This document shows positions 12,700-24,060 of a DNA stretch of 64,000 bases, in pieces. A program made the position numbers and the translations under genes. A model generated the notes under the pieces. The model worked only from the letters and a program-made list of their open reading frames with translations, was not told where the DNA came from and ran no database searches. Position 1 is the stretch's first letter. Each line of letters starts with the position of its first letter. This DNA comes from Hydrolagus affinis (Eukaryota). The DNA lies in the NCBI GenBank assembly GCA_012026655.1, contig JAAILG010000057.1, positions 62,001 to 126,000 of the forward strand, in the 5' to 3' direction.

Positions 12700-12898
12700 A
12701 TAATAATAATAATCCTTGCATTTTGATGTAGCGCTTTTCATGTCTCCTAAACATATCAATGCACTTCACAGAATATACTATCAAGTGAATTGACTATATA
12801 TGTATGGGCGATTGAGGGATTATTATTAGGCATGTGGAGTAAGGAAACTTGCCCAAGGTTTCCACCTGCCTGGAATTGAACCCAGGTCTCTTGCTTGT
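12700..12898 (-). mobile_element. tRNA-derived SINE, internally deleted and 5'-truncated
   Basis: Tail and 3' region joined directly to gagggattattattaggcatgtggagtaaggaaacttgcccaagg and the B box. Confidence 0.9.
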
Positions 12899-12974
12899 CA
12901 TGAGTTCCAATGGACTCCAATTCAGTATCATTTAATTTTACCCACGACTTATTGTTTCCTTTCTGCCACTGGTG

Positions 12975-14152
12975 ACTCATGACTCAGCAGTACATCTCCA
13001 CAAACGTTTTTTCCTCCCACACTCACCCAGTTACCTGTGGGGTACCCCAGGGATCCATCCTTGGCCCCCTCCTTTTCCTCATCTATATGCTTCCTCTTGG
13101 GGATGTGATCCGCAGACATGGGGCACACTTCCACATGTACACGGATGACACCCAACTCTATCTCTCCACTTCACTTTGTAACCCCCAGTCCCCTGATGTT
13201 CTGTCAGCCTGCCTTTCAGACATCAGGAGCTGGATGAGCACAAATTTCTTGCAGCTGAATGTTGACAAGACGGAGGCCATACTCCTTGGCTCTCGTACAC
13301 GTCTCCATTCGCACAGCTCTCACCTCCTCCACCTTCCCGGCTTGCCCCTAAAACTCTGTGAACCTGTTCGCAACCTTGGCATCAGGTTCGACCCCCAACT
13401 GTCCTTCCTCCCCCACATCCGGTCCGTCACCAGCACTGCCTTCTATCACCTCCAATGGATCGCCCGTCTCCGGCAATACCTCACCTTAAAAGCCGCCGAA
13501 ACCTTGGTCCACGCCTTTGTCACCTCTTGGCTGGACTATTGCAATGCCCTCCTCGCCGGTCTCCCCTCCACCACAATCCACAAAATCCAGCTTATCCAAA
13601 ATCCTGCCACCTGCATACTCACCCGCTCTAAGCTTCGCTCCCCCATTACCCCAGTCCTTGCCAAATTTCACTGGCTCCCTATCTCAGAGAGGATCGACAT
13701 CAAGATNNNNNNNNNNNNNNNNNNNNNNNNNNNNNNNNNNNNNNNNNNNNNNNNNNNNNNNNNNNNNNNNNNNNNNNNNNNNNNNNNNNNNNNNNNNNNN
13801 NNNNNNCCTCTGCACCCCCCTATCTCTCTGATCTCCTCTCCCCCCAACCCAGCACCCGCTGCCTTCGCTCCTCTGGTTCTGGCCTCCTCTATGTCCCCCG
13901 AATCCTCCGCTCCACCCTCGGCGGCCGTGCCTTTAGCCACTACGCCCCGAGGCTCTGGAACTCCCTTTCTCACTCCCTTCACCTCGCCCCCTCTCTTCCC
14001 AGTTTCAGGTCACAGTTGAAGACCTTTCTCTTCGACCGAGCTTTTGGTCACCTTTCTGCCCCTGCCTCGGTCCCGGGATCCGCTACTGTGAAGCGCTCTG
14101 AGACGCCGTCTGGCATGGAGGGCGCTATATAAATCAAAGTTGTTGTTGTTGT
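12975..14152 (+). mobile_element. Young 5'-truncated L2-clade LINE: RT C-terminal half and 3' end (contains assembly gap)
   Basis: Stop-free frame 12979-13706 with GVPQGSILGPLLFLIY, YTDDTQLY, WM..NFLQLN.DKTE, VRNLG..FD, AAETLVHAFVTS.LDYCNALL.GL, LHWLP..RID.K. 3' end gtgaagcgctctgagacgcc..ggcgctatataaatcaaa(gtt)n. Confidence 0.97.
13707..13806. other. Assembly gap (100 N)
   Basis: Run of exactly 100 N inside the L2 copy. Confidence 1.
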
Positions 14153-14399
14153 AACATGGAAATCAACTTGTTTAGACATGATGGTGTTCTAGTGACCTTC
14201 ACAGGGTATTTTAATATTCAGAGCTCCAAGACTCAAAGCCAGGTTCCTAAAGAAAGCTTTTATATTCAGGAATTTATAGCCCAAGTAAGAAGAAAAGCTG
14301 ATTATCCATAAAGCTTTTCCGAGATAAGATTTTGAGATGTGTCACTTCAAAGCCTTCTGACGTATGAAACAAGTAAAATAGAAATTTAACAAGATAACA

Positions 14400-14760
14400 C
14401 ATGTGGATTTTACTCTACCAGAGTGTCAGTTTATAAACTTAAAGAGTCTACAGTCTTTAAGCATTAAACATCAGGCCTCCACTCTTCCAGCAGATTTATT
14501 TTGGGACTCCTGCAGAGTGCAATCCTCAGCAGTTCAACCAATCAGTCTGTATTATTGAGTAATTCTGTATGTCTGTTTGTTGGCTTCATTACCTCATTCA
14601 CTTAGTACATGGTCAGATGCAGACTGCCTGCTGTTAGTACCATCCGACTGGTATTAGCTTTTAGTAAATCATTCAGATACGATTATACACAACAAATGCT
14701 GACACTCTGATTTCAGCACCGTGGAGAGCTTCAACAGCTGCCCACCCTTCTGCCATTATA
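14400..14760 (+). pseudogene. PIF/Harbinger transposase fossil (N-terminal region), weak
   Basis: From 14498 ILGLLQSAILSSSTNQSVLLSNSVCLFVG (cf. L..LL..L..T.RS.AL.V..KL..L.F), then GQMQTA..TGIS..(NADTL) (cf. GSFQ..GISQ..VTDAL). Many stops. Confidence 0.35.
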
Positions 14761-14815
14761 CAGAATTTGACTTCAGCCCTTTAAAGAGGAATCAGCCTTT
14801 CACGCAAGATAGTTA

Positions 14816-14912
14816 TAATAATAATAATAATCCTTGCATTTGATATCGCGCCTTATCACGTCTTCAAGACTTCTCAAAGTACTTCACGGAATATACTGTA
14901 AAGTGAATTGAT
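14816..14912 (-). mobile_element. SINE 3' fragment
   Basis: (AAT)n tail plus atccttgcatttgatatcgcgc..ctcaaagtacttcacggaatatactgtaaagtgaattga. Confidence 0.9.
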
Positions 14913-16913
14913 GGGGTGATACATTAATTAATATTGATATATAAAATTGATATATAAATGATATAGACTTGAGACAGGATCAGTAACTTGAATTTCAGGC
15001 ATCTTTGTTTCTGTTTTGGTTGTACCAACTAAGAGTAATAGATAGGATTAGTGTTTAAACAGTTACTTTTCAAAAAATATTCAAAATACAAAACATTGGA
15101 CTGATTTATGAAACCCAACAAGTCCTTGCAAAAGAATAGCTTCATAAAATATTAAACAATGTGTAAGTTCAATATCATAATTCATCCTATTTGCTTTGAA
15201 TAACAAATCTGTCTTAGTATTTCAAGGACTTCTGCATCTTACTTTCATTGGGCAGAATGGATCATTCCTAATCTTGTATAGATCAAGATAAAGTAGCAAT
15301 TTTCTGTCATACAGACCTGATTACCACTACATTTCCTCAAACACATCTCCAACCTAAGCAGATATACATAGTATTATTAAATGTAATATAACATAAGATT
15401 GAAATCATGCTTTTTACTCCAGCCATGGCTAAGAGGCTGAATATGATGCCATGACACAGACTAATGCTTTGCATATTTTCACTGTATCAATCAAATTATG
15501 AAAGATCTACCACCCAGATAACTCAAAGTCATGGTATGGTAAGGTTAACTAATGGAACTCACCCTTCATGAAGTTGCTTCGGGAGAGTAACAATTTTTGG
15601 AGGTGGCGGTTGTCCTATTTTGATTCTGAACCCGAAGAGATGTTTTTGATTTGAGCAACTACGTCAGAAGCTGAAATCAAATTTGCTTTTATGTATATAT
15701 ATAATATATATAAAAAAAGCAATTTCTTCATACTGTGTCAATATTCAATAGCAATATACAGCAGTTGTTCCATTTCTGCTATTTAAATACTAGATTATCT
15801 GAGATATTGTTTGATTTATCTTCAAAGCAATTTTACAATGTTTGTTTGACTTAAATCATCTAATCGTTGTAGTTGGTGCAGTAGCCAGAACAGAGATGTC
15901 TCAGCAATATTAATCAGTTATTTATTGACTGTGGCTGTGGACATTTAAATTTTGTCTGGTCAGTTAATCCAAAAATAATTATTGCTTCAACTCATATTAA
16001 AAACTCTGTCTTCTAAGCTACACCATCGCCAGTTGATTGTTTTTGAACATGAATAATACATATCCTGTGATGTGATTAGCATCAAAATCATAGGACTTTC
16101 ATTATTTTTCCTAGAAATTGTAGACTGTTCAATGTTTAAATGGGAATCATTTTATAATGCAGACAACAGAAAATATTGGTTTCTGGACAAATATTCAATC
16201 ATTTGAAATTAAGATAGGATCTGAGTAAATTTCTCAAATCCATTAATTTTATGACCACAATCTTGTATGAATGAAGAGAAGAATTACACATTGCTTATCA
16301 AATGAAATCCAATAATACTCTAGGTGTCCGATGTATATTGATGCCCCCAAAGATAGCAATGCTGCATGATTCAACACTGTTGACCATTTGTTATAGAGTT
16401 TATACCAGCTTCTGACATCACTTTCTAATGTCAGAATTGGGTTATTACAGTTGTTGACAAAAGCCCAATTAAGCTAATTAAATGTGAATAGATCCAATTA
16501 TAGCAGGACATAATGGTCTTTGTTAGTGACGAGGCACTATAGACTTGTAGCAGAGAAGTCGGGTCATAACTGGAGACAAGCTAAACTCTTCAACAAGAAA
16601 TGAGAAATGTGGAATTTCCTTCTGTCGTGGTTGCTATTCTCAAGATGAGGAATGGCATGAACAGATGGGCATGAGACCCTAAGGAGAAAGTCCACGTCCT
16701 AGCAAGTGGACGAATCAGAATGCCATACCTGAGGTTAGCAGGAGGGATGCCTGACGAAGTTCAGACTCTCCAGCAACTGGATGATTAGAGGGTCTTGTCT
16801 GTGACTAAACATACCCTGCCCAAGACTGTGACAATTACAGCTATTCTGATTTGTTTATATCACTTAACCATTCCAAATGACTCCAAAGAAACTATCTCAG
16901 CCATGAATTAGAG

Positions 16914-18203
16914 CAGTGTTTCTCAACCTTTTTGATGCCTGGGACCAGCTGGCTACCTTACTAAACTGCTGTGTACCGCTTTTAAGGTCTTGGCCATTTT
17001 TGTCTGGTTTTTACTGCTAGATTTGTGCATATAACAACAACTTGGATTTAATATAGTGCCCTCCACGCCATACAGCGTCTCAGAGCGCTTCACAATAACT
17101 GATCCTGGGACCGAGCCAGGGGCAGAGGGAGGAAGGTGACCAAAGGCGCGGTCGAAGAGAAAGGTCTTTAGTTGGGACCTGAAACTGGGAAGAGAGGGGG
17201 CGAGGTGAAGGGAGTGAGGAAGGGAGTTCCAGAGCCTCGGGAGGTAGTGGCTGAAGGTATGGCCGCCGAGGGTAGAGCAGAGGATACGAGGGACACGGAG
17301 GAGGCCAGACCCGGTGGAGCAAAGGCAACGGGTGCTGGTTTGAGGAGAGAAGAGGACAGAGAGGTAGAGGGGTGCAGAGGAGTGGAGGGATTTGAAAACA
17401 AGGGTGAAGATCTTGAAATCGATCCTCTCTGGGACAGGCACCTAGTGAAGTCTGGCAAGAACTGGGTTAATGGGGGAGCGAAGTTTGGTGCGGGTGAGAA
17501 TGTGGTCAGCAGAATTTTGAATGAGTTGGATTTTATGGATTGTGGTGGAGGGGAGTCCGGCGAAGAGGGCATTTGAATAGTCCAACCGAGAGGTGACAAA
17601 GGCATGGATTTCAGCGGCTTTTGAAGAGAGATATTGCCGGAGACGAGTGGTCCTTCGGAACTGGAAGAAAGCGGGCGATCCGTCGGAGGTGGAATATAAA
17701 CTTGAAATTAAATGAAAGTGCAGACACTGGGATTTAATTAAATTGAATAATCTGAAGCTCACCCTACAAATAACAATAAAAAATGTTTTTTTTCCTGCTG
17801 TAATTTTACATTTTAGAAGAAACCTTTGACATGAAGTGAGCATGGTCATTTTTAAAATGTACGCCCTATCTCTCTGGTAGAGTTGGGGGAGAGTGCTTTA
17901 CATTTTACACACATTCTATTCCCAAAGTAAACTGCAGAAGTAAGGTAAAGTGCCTACGCTGTCATTGTACCCACCGCACGTCACTGGAAACGTAATTTTA
18001 AATGGAAGACCTGAAGTGGAGCAGCATGGAATGGAACGGAATGTAATCTTACTATGAACTGTTTGGGATTTTGTGAAAATCACACAATATCTGATCCCGG
18101 GACCGAAATCTAACTCAGAAATCTAAGACTCTGTGTCATGTGTTTCTTTTTTTCAAAGGTGATATATATTTATTTTTTGCGGACTGATTGTTGAGAAACA
18201 CTG
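16914..18203. mobile_element. hAT-Charlie-like non-autonomous DNA transposon with nested L2
   Basis: Perfect 14-bp TIRs CAGTGTTTCTCAAC (16914-16927) / GTTGAGAAACACTG (18190-18203). 8-bp flanks aattagag / gcctagaa share the TAGA core typical of Charlie target sites. Confidence 0.8.
17032..17695 (-). mobile_element. 5'-truncated L2-clade LINE inserted in the hAT element
   Basis: Reverse translation RLRQYLSSKAAE.HAFVTSRLDYSNALFAGLP..QNSADHILTR..RIDFKI..STLGGHTFSHY.PRLWNSLP..FRSQLKTFLFDRAF; (CAA)n tail at 17032. Confidence 0.95.
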
Positions 18204-18369
18204 GCCTAGAAGACGTGCATAAGCTGCATAAAAAGCAAAGATTATTCTAATTTCAAATAAAACTTGACCAAGCCTCTTTTTGGTAGGTATTATTGGCTCG
18301 TTATTTTCCACAGTTGTGCAGAACACAAATTTCAGAGACAGAAATAATACTAATAATAATATTAACTGC

Positions 18370-18545
18370 CTTCACCCAGGCTAGTTGTCTCCAAGGTGCC
18401 ATAGGGAGTTCCACAGTCAATCCCACCATGACTAGCATCAAACATAAAGGTTTCTGTTCCATCAATGTGCAAATAGTCTGTGAAACATGGAAAAACATCT
18501 TGGATGTCAATCCACAGATCTCTGCCGTCCTCAACCAGCCTTTGT
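18370..18545 (+). pseudogene. PIF/Harbinger (HARBI1-like DDE) transposase fragment
   Basis: In-frame LQGAIGSS..SIKHKGFCSINVQIVCET.KNILDVN..AVL closely follows VQGAIDGTH..NRKGFHSINVQIVCD..I.DV..IL. First catalytic D is now G and the PGS.HD segment is deleted. Confidence 0.8.
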
Positions 18546-19343
18546 GTGACAGCCAAGAGGCACATGTAAGTATCCAATGTATCAAAATGGAATCTGTAGG
18601 AAACATTATCAAACATTTTATTTCAAACAAAGATTGATAGTTACAATAAATTATCTGCCTGAGTATTGCTTTGCTTACTTTCCCATTTACAACTTTACAT
18701 GTTTTCACAGAGCTAAACAGAAATAAGTATAGAGTGTCTTTCTTTGTGGGAGTTCCCTATTTTCCCTGTCCGGTAAAAATAGCCTTTTGAACTGGGGGTC
18801 ATTCAGGTTGTTCAGAGGCCATAGTGGAGTTTCAAGCAACACCTGCCACAAGCAGTTAATGCTAATAGCGCCTCCTAATAGAGCACCAGAAAAATATAAA
18901 AGAAGCCCAATCAGTATTTTGGCACTTCACTGCAACTCTGTTGCTCCAGGAGCTCCTTATTATTCTTGATTCTATAAGTCTGTGGAACAGTGTGCACATT
19001 GGGCATTTCCTTGAATAATAGAAAAATGTTAGAAAACAGAGACTCTGTTGCTCCAGCAATCAGCTCCTATGCGGTTCCCTAATCTCAATTGAACTCCATA
19101 CAGTCTTGTTCAGCTAAGAATTCAATGACAAAGTTCGTGTTTCTTCAATTAAGAAATCCCATAGAAACAATCACATATTGGTCTCTAATATGTGTTCTCA
19201 AGCTTTTCCGTATCAGCAGTTTTAAAGCATATAAAACACATAAGCAATGAATGAAAAAAGGGCATTAGAAAGTGCATAAATAACTCACATTCTAACATTC
19301 AAGCATTAAAAGAAGATTTATTCAGATATGTAGTTGAAAAATG

Positions 19344-19520
19344 AATTGGTCACTCAATCCAAGACTGTTTGTGCGACACAGCTGTGTGCAAATGGCTGCC
19401 GCATTTCACCCACAAAATATAGTCAATTTTCACTTTACAGTGTATTCTGTGAAGCGCTTTGATCATCTCGAACCCATGATAAGGTGCTATATCAAATGCA
19501 AGGATTATTATTATTATTAA
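19344..19520 (+). mobile_element. SINE 3' half
   Basis: aattggtcactcaatccaagactgtttgtg..gctatatcaaatgcaaggattattattatt. Confidence 0.92.
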
Positions 19521-20010
19521 TAAGCGGAGCAGGGAAATGAATCGTGACTTCTGAAGAACAATACGAATGCAGCTCTGCAACATTCTGCATCTGTTGTTCT
19601 TCTCCCAGAGTTGGAGCACTTCAGTGCTTTGAGGCATTCCCTCAGCAGCAGTGTCAAGCACTGTCAGAAACTCAATGCAAGTCTAGCTAGCAGATCAAAG
19701 TGCCAGATAGTCTGCTGGATGACGTCCCAATTTTTTTGTTTTTTTGCCTTCAATCTCTTTGCACTTTATGGTGTGCAAAATCATTGCTTACTTTCATTAC
19801 AATGCAATGTTACAGACTTCTGCAAAACAGCATCAGCAATGTTCTACAAACCAGTGGTGCTGGTTAACAAGCTAAGCCTTGAATCATAGAGCAGCAAATT
19901 ACAACATAGGAAAACAGCCGGACAGTTAATAGAATTCTCAATGCCTTGGTAAAAAGTAAACTAAGTATTTCCATAGAATTTCCACGTCAGAGCTGCCATA
20001 TTTTGAATGA

Positions 20011-20182
20011 AATGTCATTTCAATCCACGACTGTTTGTGGGACATTGCTGTGCGCAATTGGCTGCCGCGATTCGCCCACAAATATACAATCAATTCACTT
20101 TAAGGTATATTCTGTGAAGCACTTTGGGACATCAATAAAATGTGAAAAGCGCTATATCAATTGCAAGGATTATTATTATTAT
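20011..20182 (+). mobile_element. SINE 3' half, followed by an older Deu-type fragment (about 20185-20265)
   Basis: gtcatttcaatccacgactgtttgtggg..gcaaggattattattatt. Confidence 0.92.
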
Positions 20183-20455
20183 AAACTTAGGTCCTGTTTG
20201 CCCATTCAGGTGAATGTTAAAGATCATTTTGGAAAAGAGAAGGGAGTACCTCTTGAATTCTGAGGAGATTCCAGCTACTTGTGGTGTCTCAAAGTGCTTC
20301 ACAGCTAATTGCTATTAAGTGTCCTATAATAACACAATGCAAATGTCTTGACAATAATCTATAATAATGGTGGGATAATGTCATAAGTGCTATAGCTTGT
20401 CCCTTATATCTGGAACTTCAAATTCAGATTTCGCAATCTTGTCTTCCAGACCGCG

Positions 20456-20536
20456 TGCCCACCCCCCACCTCCCCCATCCCCCCCGTCCCCCCCGTCCCT
20501 CCCGTCACTCCCGTCCCCCGTCCCCTGTCCCGTGGC
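20456..20536. repeat. C-rich low-complexity tandem (about 10-bp cccccc(g)tc unit); G-quadruplex-capable on minus strand
   Basis: accccccacctcccccatcccccccgtccccccccgtccctcccgtcactcccgtcccccgtcccc. Confidence 0.8.
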
Positions 20537-21835
20537 CCTGCAAGCTTTCTACCTGACAGTATGTTTGCTACCTTTGACTAGCTAAGTGGGTCAAAGATTC
20601 TGCACCAAGGCTTCACCACAGGTGCTGGCAATGTCACTCTGTCAATACACACAAACTAATTGTTGCTGGCACTACATCATTAAAAAGAAATATGCATTTT
20701 GAAAGTTACCAAGGACATTGAAATACGCAAAGGTCAAACTTGTCAAATATCCATAGTTCACATTCGCTTCCTGTATCTTTACAAGCTTTTTCTCCCCCTA
20801 CCATAGAATTAATCATGCAGTTTAGCATATCATTCAGAGCGCTTTTGTTACTCCAAAAGTTACCTGAACTGTCTTCATGAATTTTCCATTAATGATCCTG
20901 CACAAATTACAGACCTTCTAACGTATGAGAGATGTTTGCAATGTGAAAGCTCAGTGTGAAGCCAAACTGCAGTTGTGATAATTGGGTAACTGAAGAAAAA
21001 CATTTTAGGTTAGAGGAGGGCTTGGATTTAATTGAATGATTCTTTAAAGTGATGAAAGCCTAATGCCATTTGAAAACCGACTTTTATTTTTATAAATGTT
21101 ATTGCTTAACTTCATCTAAAATTAATTGCCAGACACACTTCATTTTATTTTAGTGGTTGGCAACTTGTGGTATGGAATGCATGTAACATTTAAATCCAAT
21201 GGATGTTGATTGGAGGAGCTTCCTTGAAGCTTTGTGTGTTTGTTTGACTCAAGCCACTGCAAATAATGTTGAGTTAAAAGTACCAGAACAGGGATTCCAA
21301 AGTTCACTCAAACATGTTCTTGTATCAATGTCCTTCATACTGTGCATTACATTTTACTTTTCCTGAACTTTAATGCATTTTAAGGTGTGAGGTCAGAGTG
21401 TTGGAGAATTTAATATGTTTTCATTTTCTGTAATCTCATCATTAAGATCTCCCATATGGCGTACAAACTCTGCAACTAGACATGGTGAGCTCTATCTTGT
21501 ATGTGGGGGTAGAAATTCAAGCTGTGGCTAGAGCTACTCAAGACTTGTGTCTGATTTCAGACCATCCAGACTTTGTCAAATTCTTATATTGTGTCTTACT
21601 TTTCTATAGATTATTTTAATAAGTGCAGAAAACCAACTCCAAAACCAAATTCAACAATTTGCCACATTCTGGATACTCTTAATCTCCAGAAATAGAATAA
21701 ATCTGGACCCAAATTGGATTTTCTCACACAGAAAATAAAACAGGTGAGTTTTAGTTTCAATTCATTGAAGACTCTGCTTTCAAATGAGGACATTCAATTT
21801 ACGTTTTTTTATTATTACTAGAAAGAAGAGATCTT

Positions 21836-22007
21836 CCCTCCACAAAAAAAGTGGTCATTTCAATCCACGACTGTTTGTCGAACACTGCTATGTGCAATTG
21901 GCGGCCGCGTTTCAGTCACTAACTTTACAGTATATTATATGAAGCACTTTGAGACGTCTAGAAGATGTGAAAAGTGCTACATCAAATGCAAGGATTATAT
22001 ATTATTA
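21836..22007 (+). mobile_element. SINE 3' half
   Basis: ccctccacaaaaaaagtggtcatttcaatccacgactg..atcaaatgcaaggattatat. Confidence 0.9.
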
Positions 22008-22235
22008 TCTTATCCTTCAGTTTGAAACTTCCTGCTGTTTCTGTGGAGCACTGCTCTAAAATGCCAAATAATTACTATTATTTACAATGAAATAACAAAA
22101 AAAATCGAAACAGGTTATTGTTCTGCACAAATGTCATCGCATTTGATTGAATTCAATATGCTATTGAACCGTCTACAATAAACAACGGTTTCAAACCTCG
22201 ATAAAGGCAACACCCAATGCAGTACATAACAAAAA

Positions 22236-22425
22236 AAATAATTATTCTCGCACTCAATGTGGCTGCTATGAATGTTGAGACATCTGAAAGGGCTTCACAG
22301 ATAATTGCTGACTGTCAATTGTTCTGACTGTATTTGCAGGCAAATGTCACAGTCAATTTGTCTATTGCAAAGTCCTACAAACAGCAGCGAAGTGAGTGAT
22401 TATTTTATGGAGAGGATTGTTGGCA
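22236..22425 (-). mobile_element. Older SINE 3' region (decayed)
   Basis: aataattattctcgcact..tgagacatctgaaagggcttcacag..caaagtcctacaaacagca..gaggattgttggc. Confidence 0.55.
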
Positions 22426-22429
22426 TTTT

Positions 22430-22725
22430 CTCGGCCATACAGAGGATAAGGTCATAGATTTGAGTTCAAAATTGCATTCCATTAGTTTATCTCAACTGGG
22501 CAGCAATTGTTGGACTGCCAATCTGGGATTGGAAAAGAAAATTATCAAGTGATCCTGGCTGCAAAGTGTAGATTTTTGCTCAGCTATAATGCCCACTCTG
22601 GTTGAATAGCTTCCCAGTGTTTAATGTCAAGGCTTGCCTGTGACAAATGACAACTTGTGAGAGATACTGTACTAATGTTCATAGATATGTACCCAGCAAA
22701 GCATCAGTCACTTTTAGAAAAGCGA
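22430..22725 (+). repeat. Probable ancient interspersed repeat (SINE-like), family not assigned
   Basis: Segments ctcagctataatgccc..ggttgaatagcttcc..tgtcaaggctt..tgtacccagcaa..tcagtcactt resemble a repeat recalled from shark genomes; no within-window second copy confirmed. Confidence 0.3.
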
Positions 22726-23819
22726 ACATTTAAAAATGTTTTAAAAATTGACTGAACTCTGTTCAGCGTTTAGACTTTCACATTATTATCTGACTAGTGT
22801 CAGAGAAGCAAGGATAATTTCTATAAAGGCTCATTTAGGGACAGACTGTCAGATGGTCAATAAAACATGGTTGTTCAAGTGTCTGAAATTACACCTGACT
22901 TTCATGTCTCCCTAAACAGCAGCAAAACCCAATGAGTACAATATATAGCAAAGGATTGCGTTCCATCCCTTTAGGATTTATCACAGCTAAAACCTCAAGA
23001 AGCATGTTCCCCAAAATGTAGGCCTCAGCAGCTATCAATGTACAGTAGTAATTTATTCTTTTGTGCCTGTAAACCAGACTTGCTCCAGCTGAATCCAGTT
23101 GGCTTCATCTGCCTTTCAGTTTGAGCTATTTCTTATTTGCACTACCTCAGACCTAAGGGAGCTCTGATGGTTTCATGCATGTACACACTGTGGTGATTCC
23201 ACTTGAAGCAGACGTTTTCATTTGCCATTTTTAGAAACCTGAACGCTCTGCTGTATGTTAAATACACTGCATTTGCATTCCTGTGCTTTTTAAAGAAGAA
23301 CATTTCTGTGTGGTCGGAACCCTGGTCCCTGAAACGAAAGGGCATTGATGTGAATAGTGCAGAATGATAACAGATAAATATCACACTATATCTCTGCTGG
23401 TGCTAACATGAGGGAAATCAAGGAAGCTGATATTATTAAGGTACTGTACAATGATATGTATGATATGGTAACATTTACAGTTCTGTTTCTTCCATATCTG
23501 ATGATCTGTGCATATTTGCTGTACTGTATTCAGTTTACAAAAGCATTTTTTTTTTAATCTGTGTTTCTAAGCATAGCACCAAGGAAATCCTAAATATGGA
23601 TTTCTGGCTTGGGGCCCATCTCTTCACGACTGAAGACATAAGAGTTGAATATCAAGAGAATTCTCCACAAAACATATGTTCTTAGACACTGATGAGCAGG
23701 TTTCAAATACTAAGCAGAGATAATGTTACGTTTCAGCAAAATATCTTTTTTTACTTTTCAGGTTTTTTCCTCTCAAGTAGAATAAACCTCGATGTACTGC
23801 ATTTTAAAATCTGGCACCT

Positions 23820-24060
23820 TAGCTCACTTAGTGCGCGCACCTTTTTTAAGAGCTAGTGTTTGGGGAATACCAGAGTACGCGTTGAGTCATTGCTGGAGTT
23901 TAAGCAGCTAAAAACATATGGCAAGCTTTCCGTTGCTTATCCAATCAGAATCACCCTGCTCATTGGGGCTTCTACCTTTTATAGAGACCCCATCTCATGT
24001 ATGAGAAGAATCCCAATCGCTAGTGATTGGTCTACTTCTCCAATTCCTGGCAACAAGCTA
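23820..24060 (-). promoter_or_regulatory. Candidate Pol II promoter / regulatory island
   Basis: Minus-strand TATAAAAG (23976-23983); five CCAAT/ATTGG boxes (23941, 23962, 24013, 24026, 24040); TGAGTCA at 23883; local CpG retention (gtgcgcgcac, acgcgt). Confidence 0.4.

Noticed and set aside
13807-14019. Proline-rich C-terminus of the 346-aa ORF
   Set aside because: Wrong frame caused by the arbitrary 100-N gap.
15550-15660. Possible second Myb/SANT remnant (MELTLHEVAS..TIFG)
   Set aside because: Too short and needs a frameshift; not distinguishable from chance by eye.
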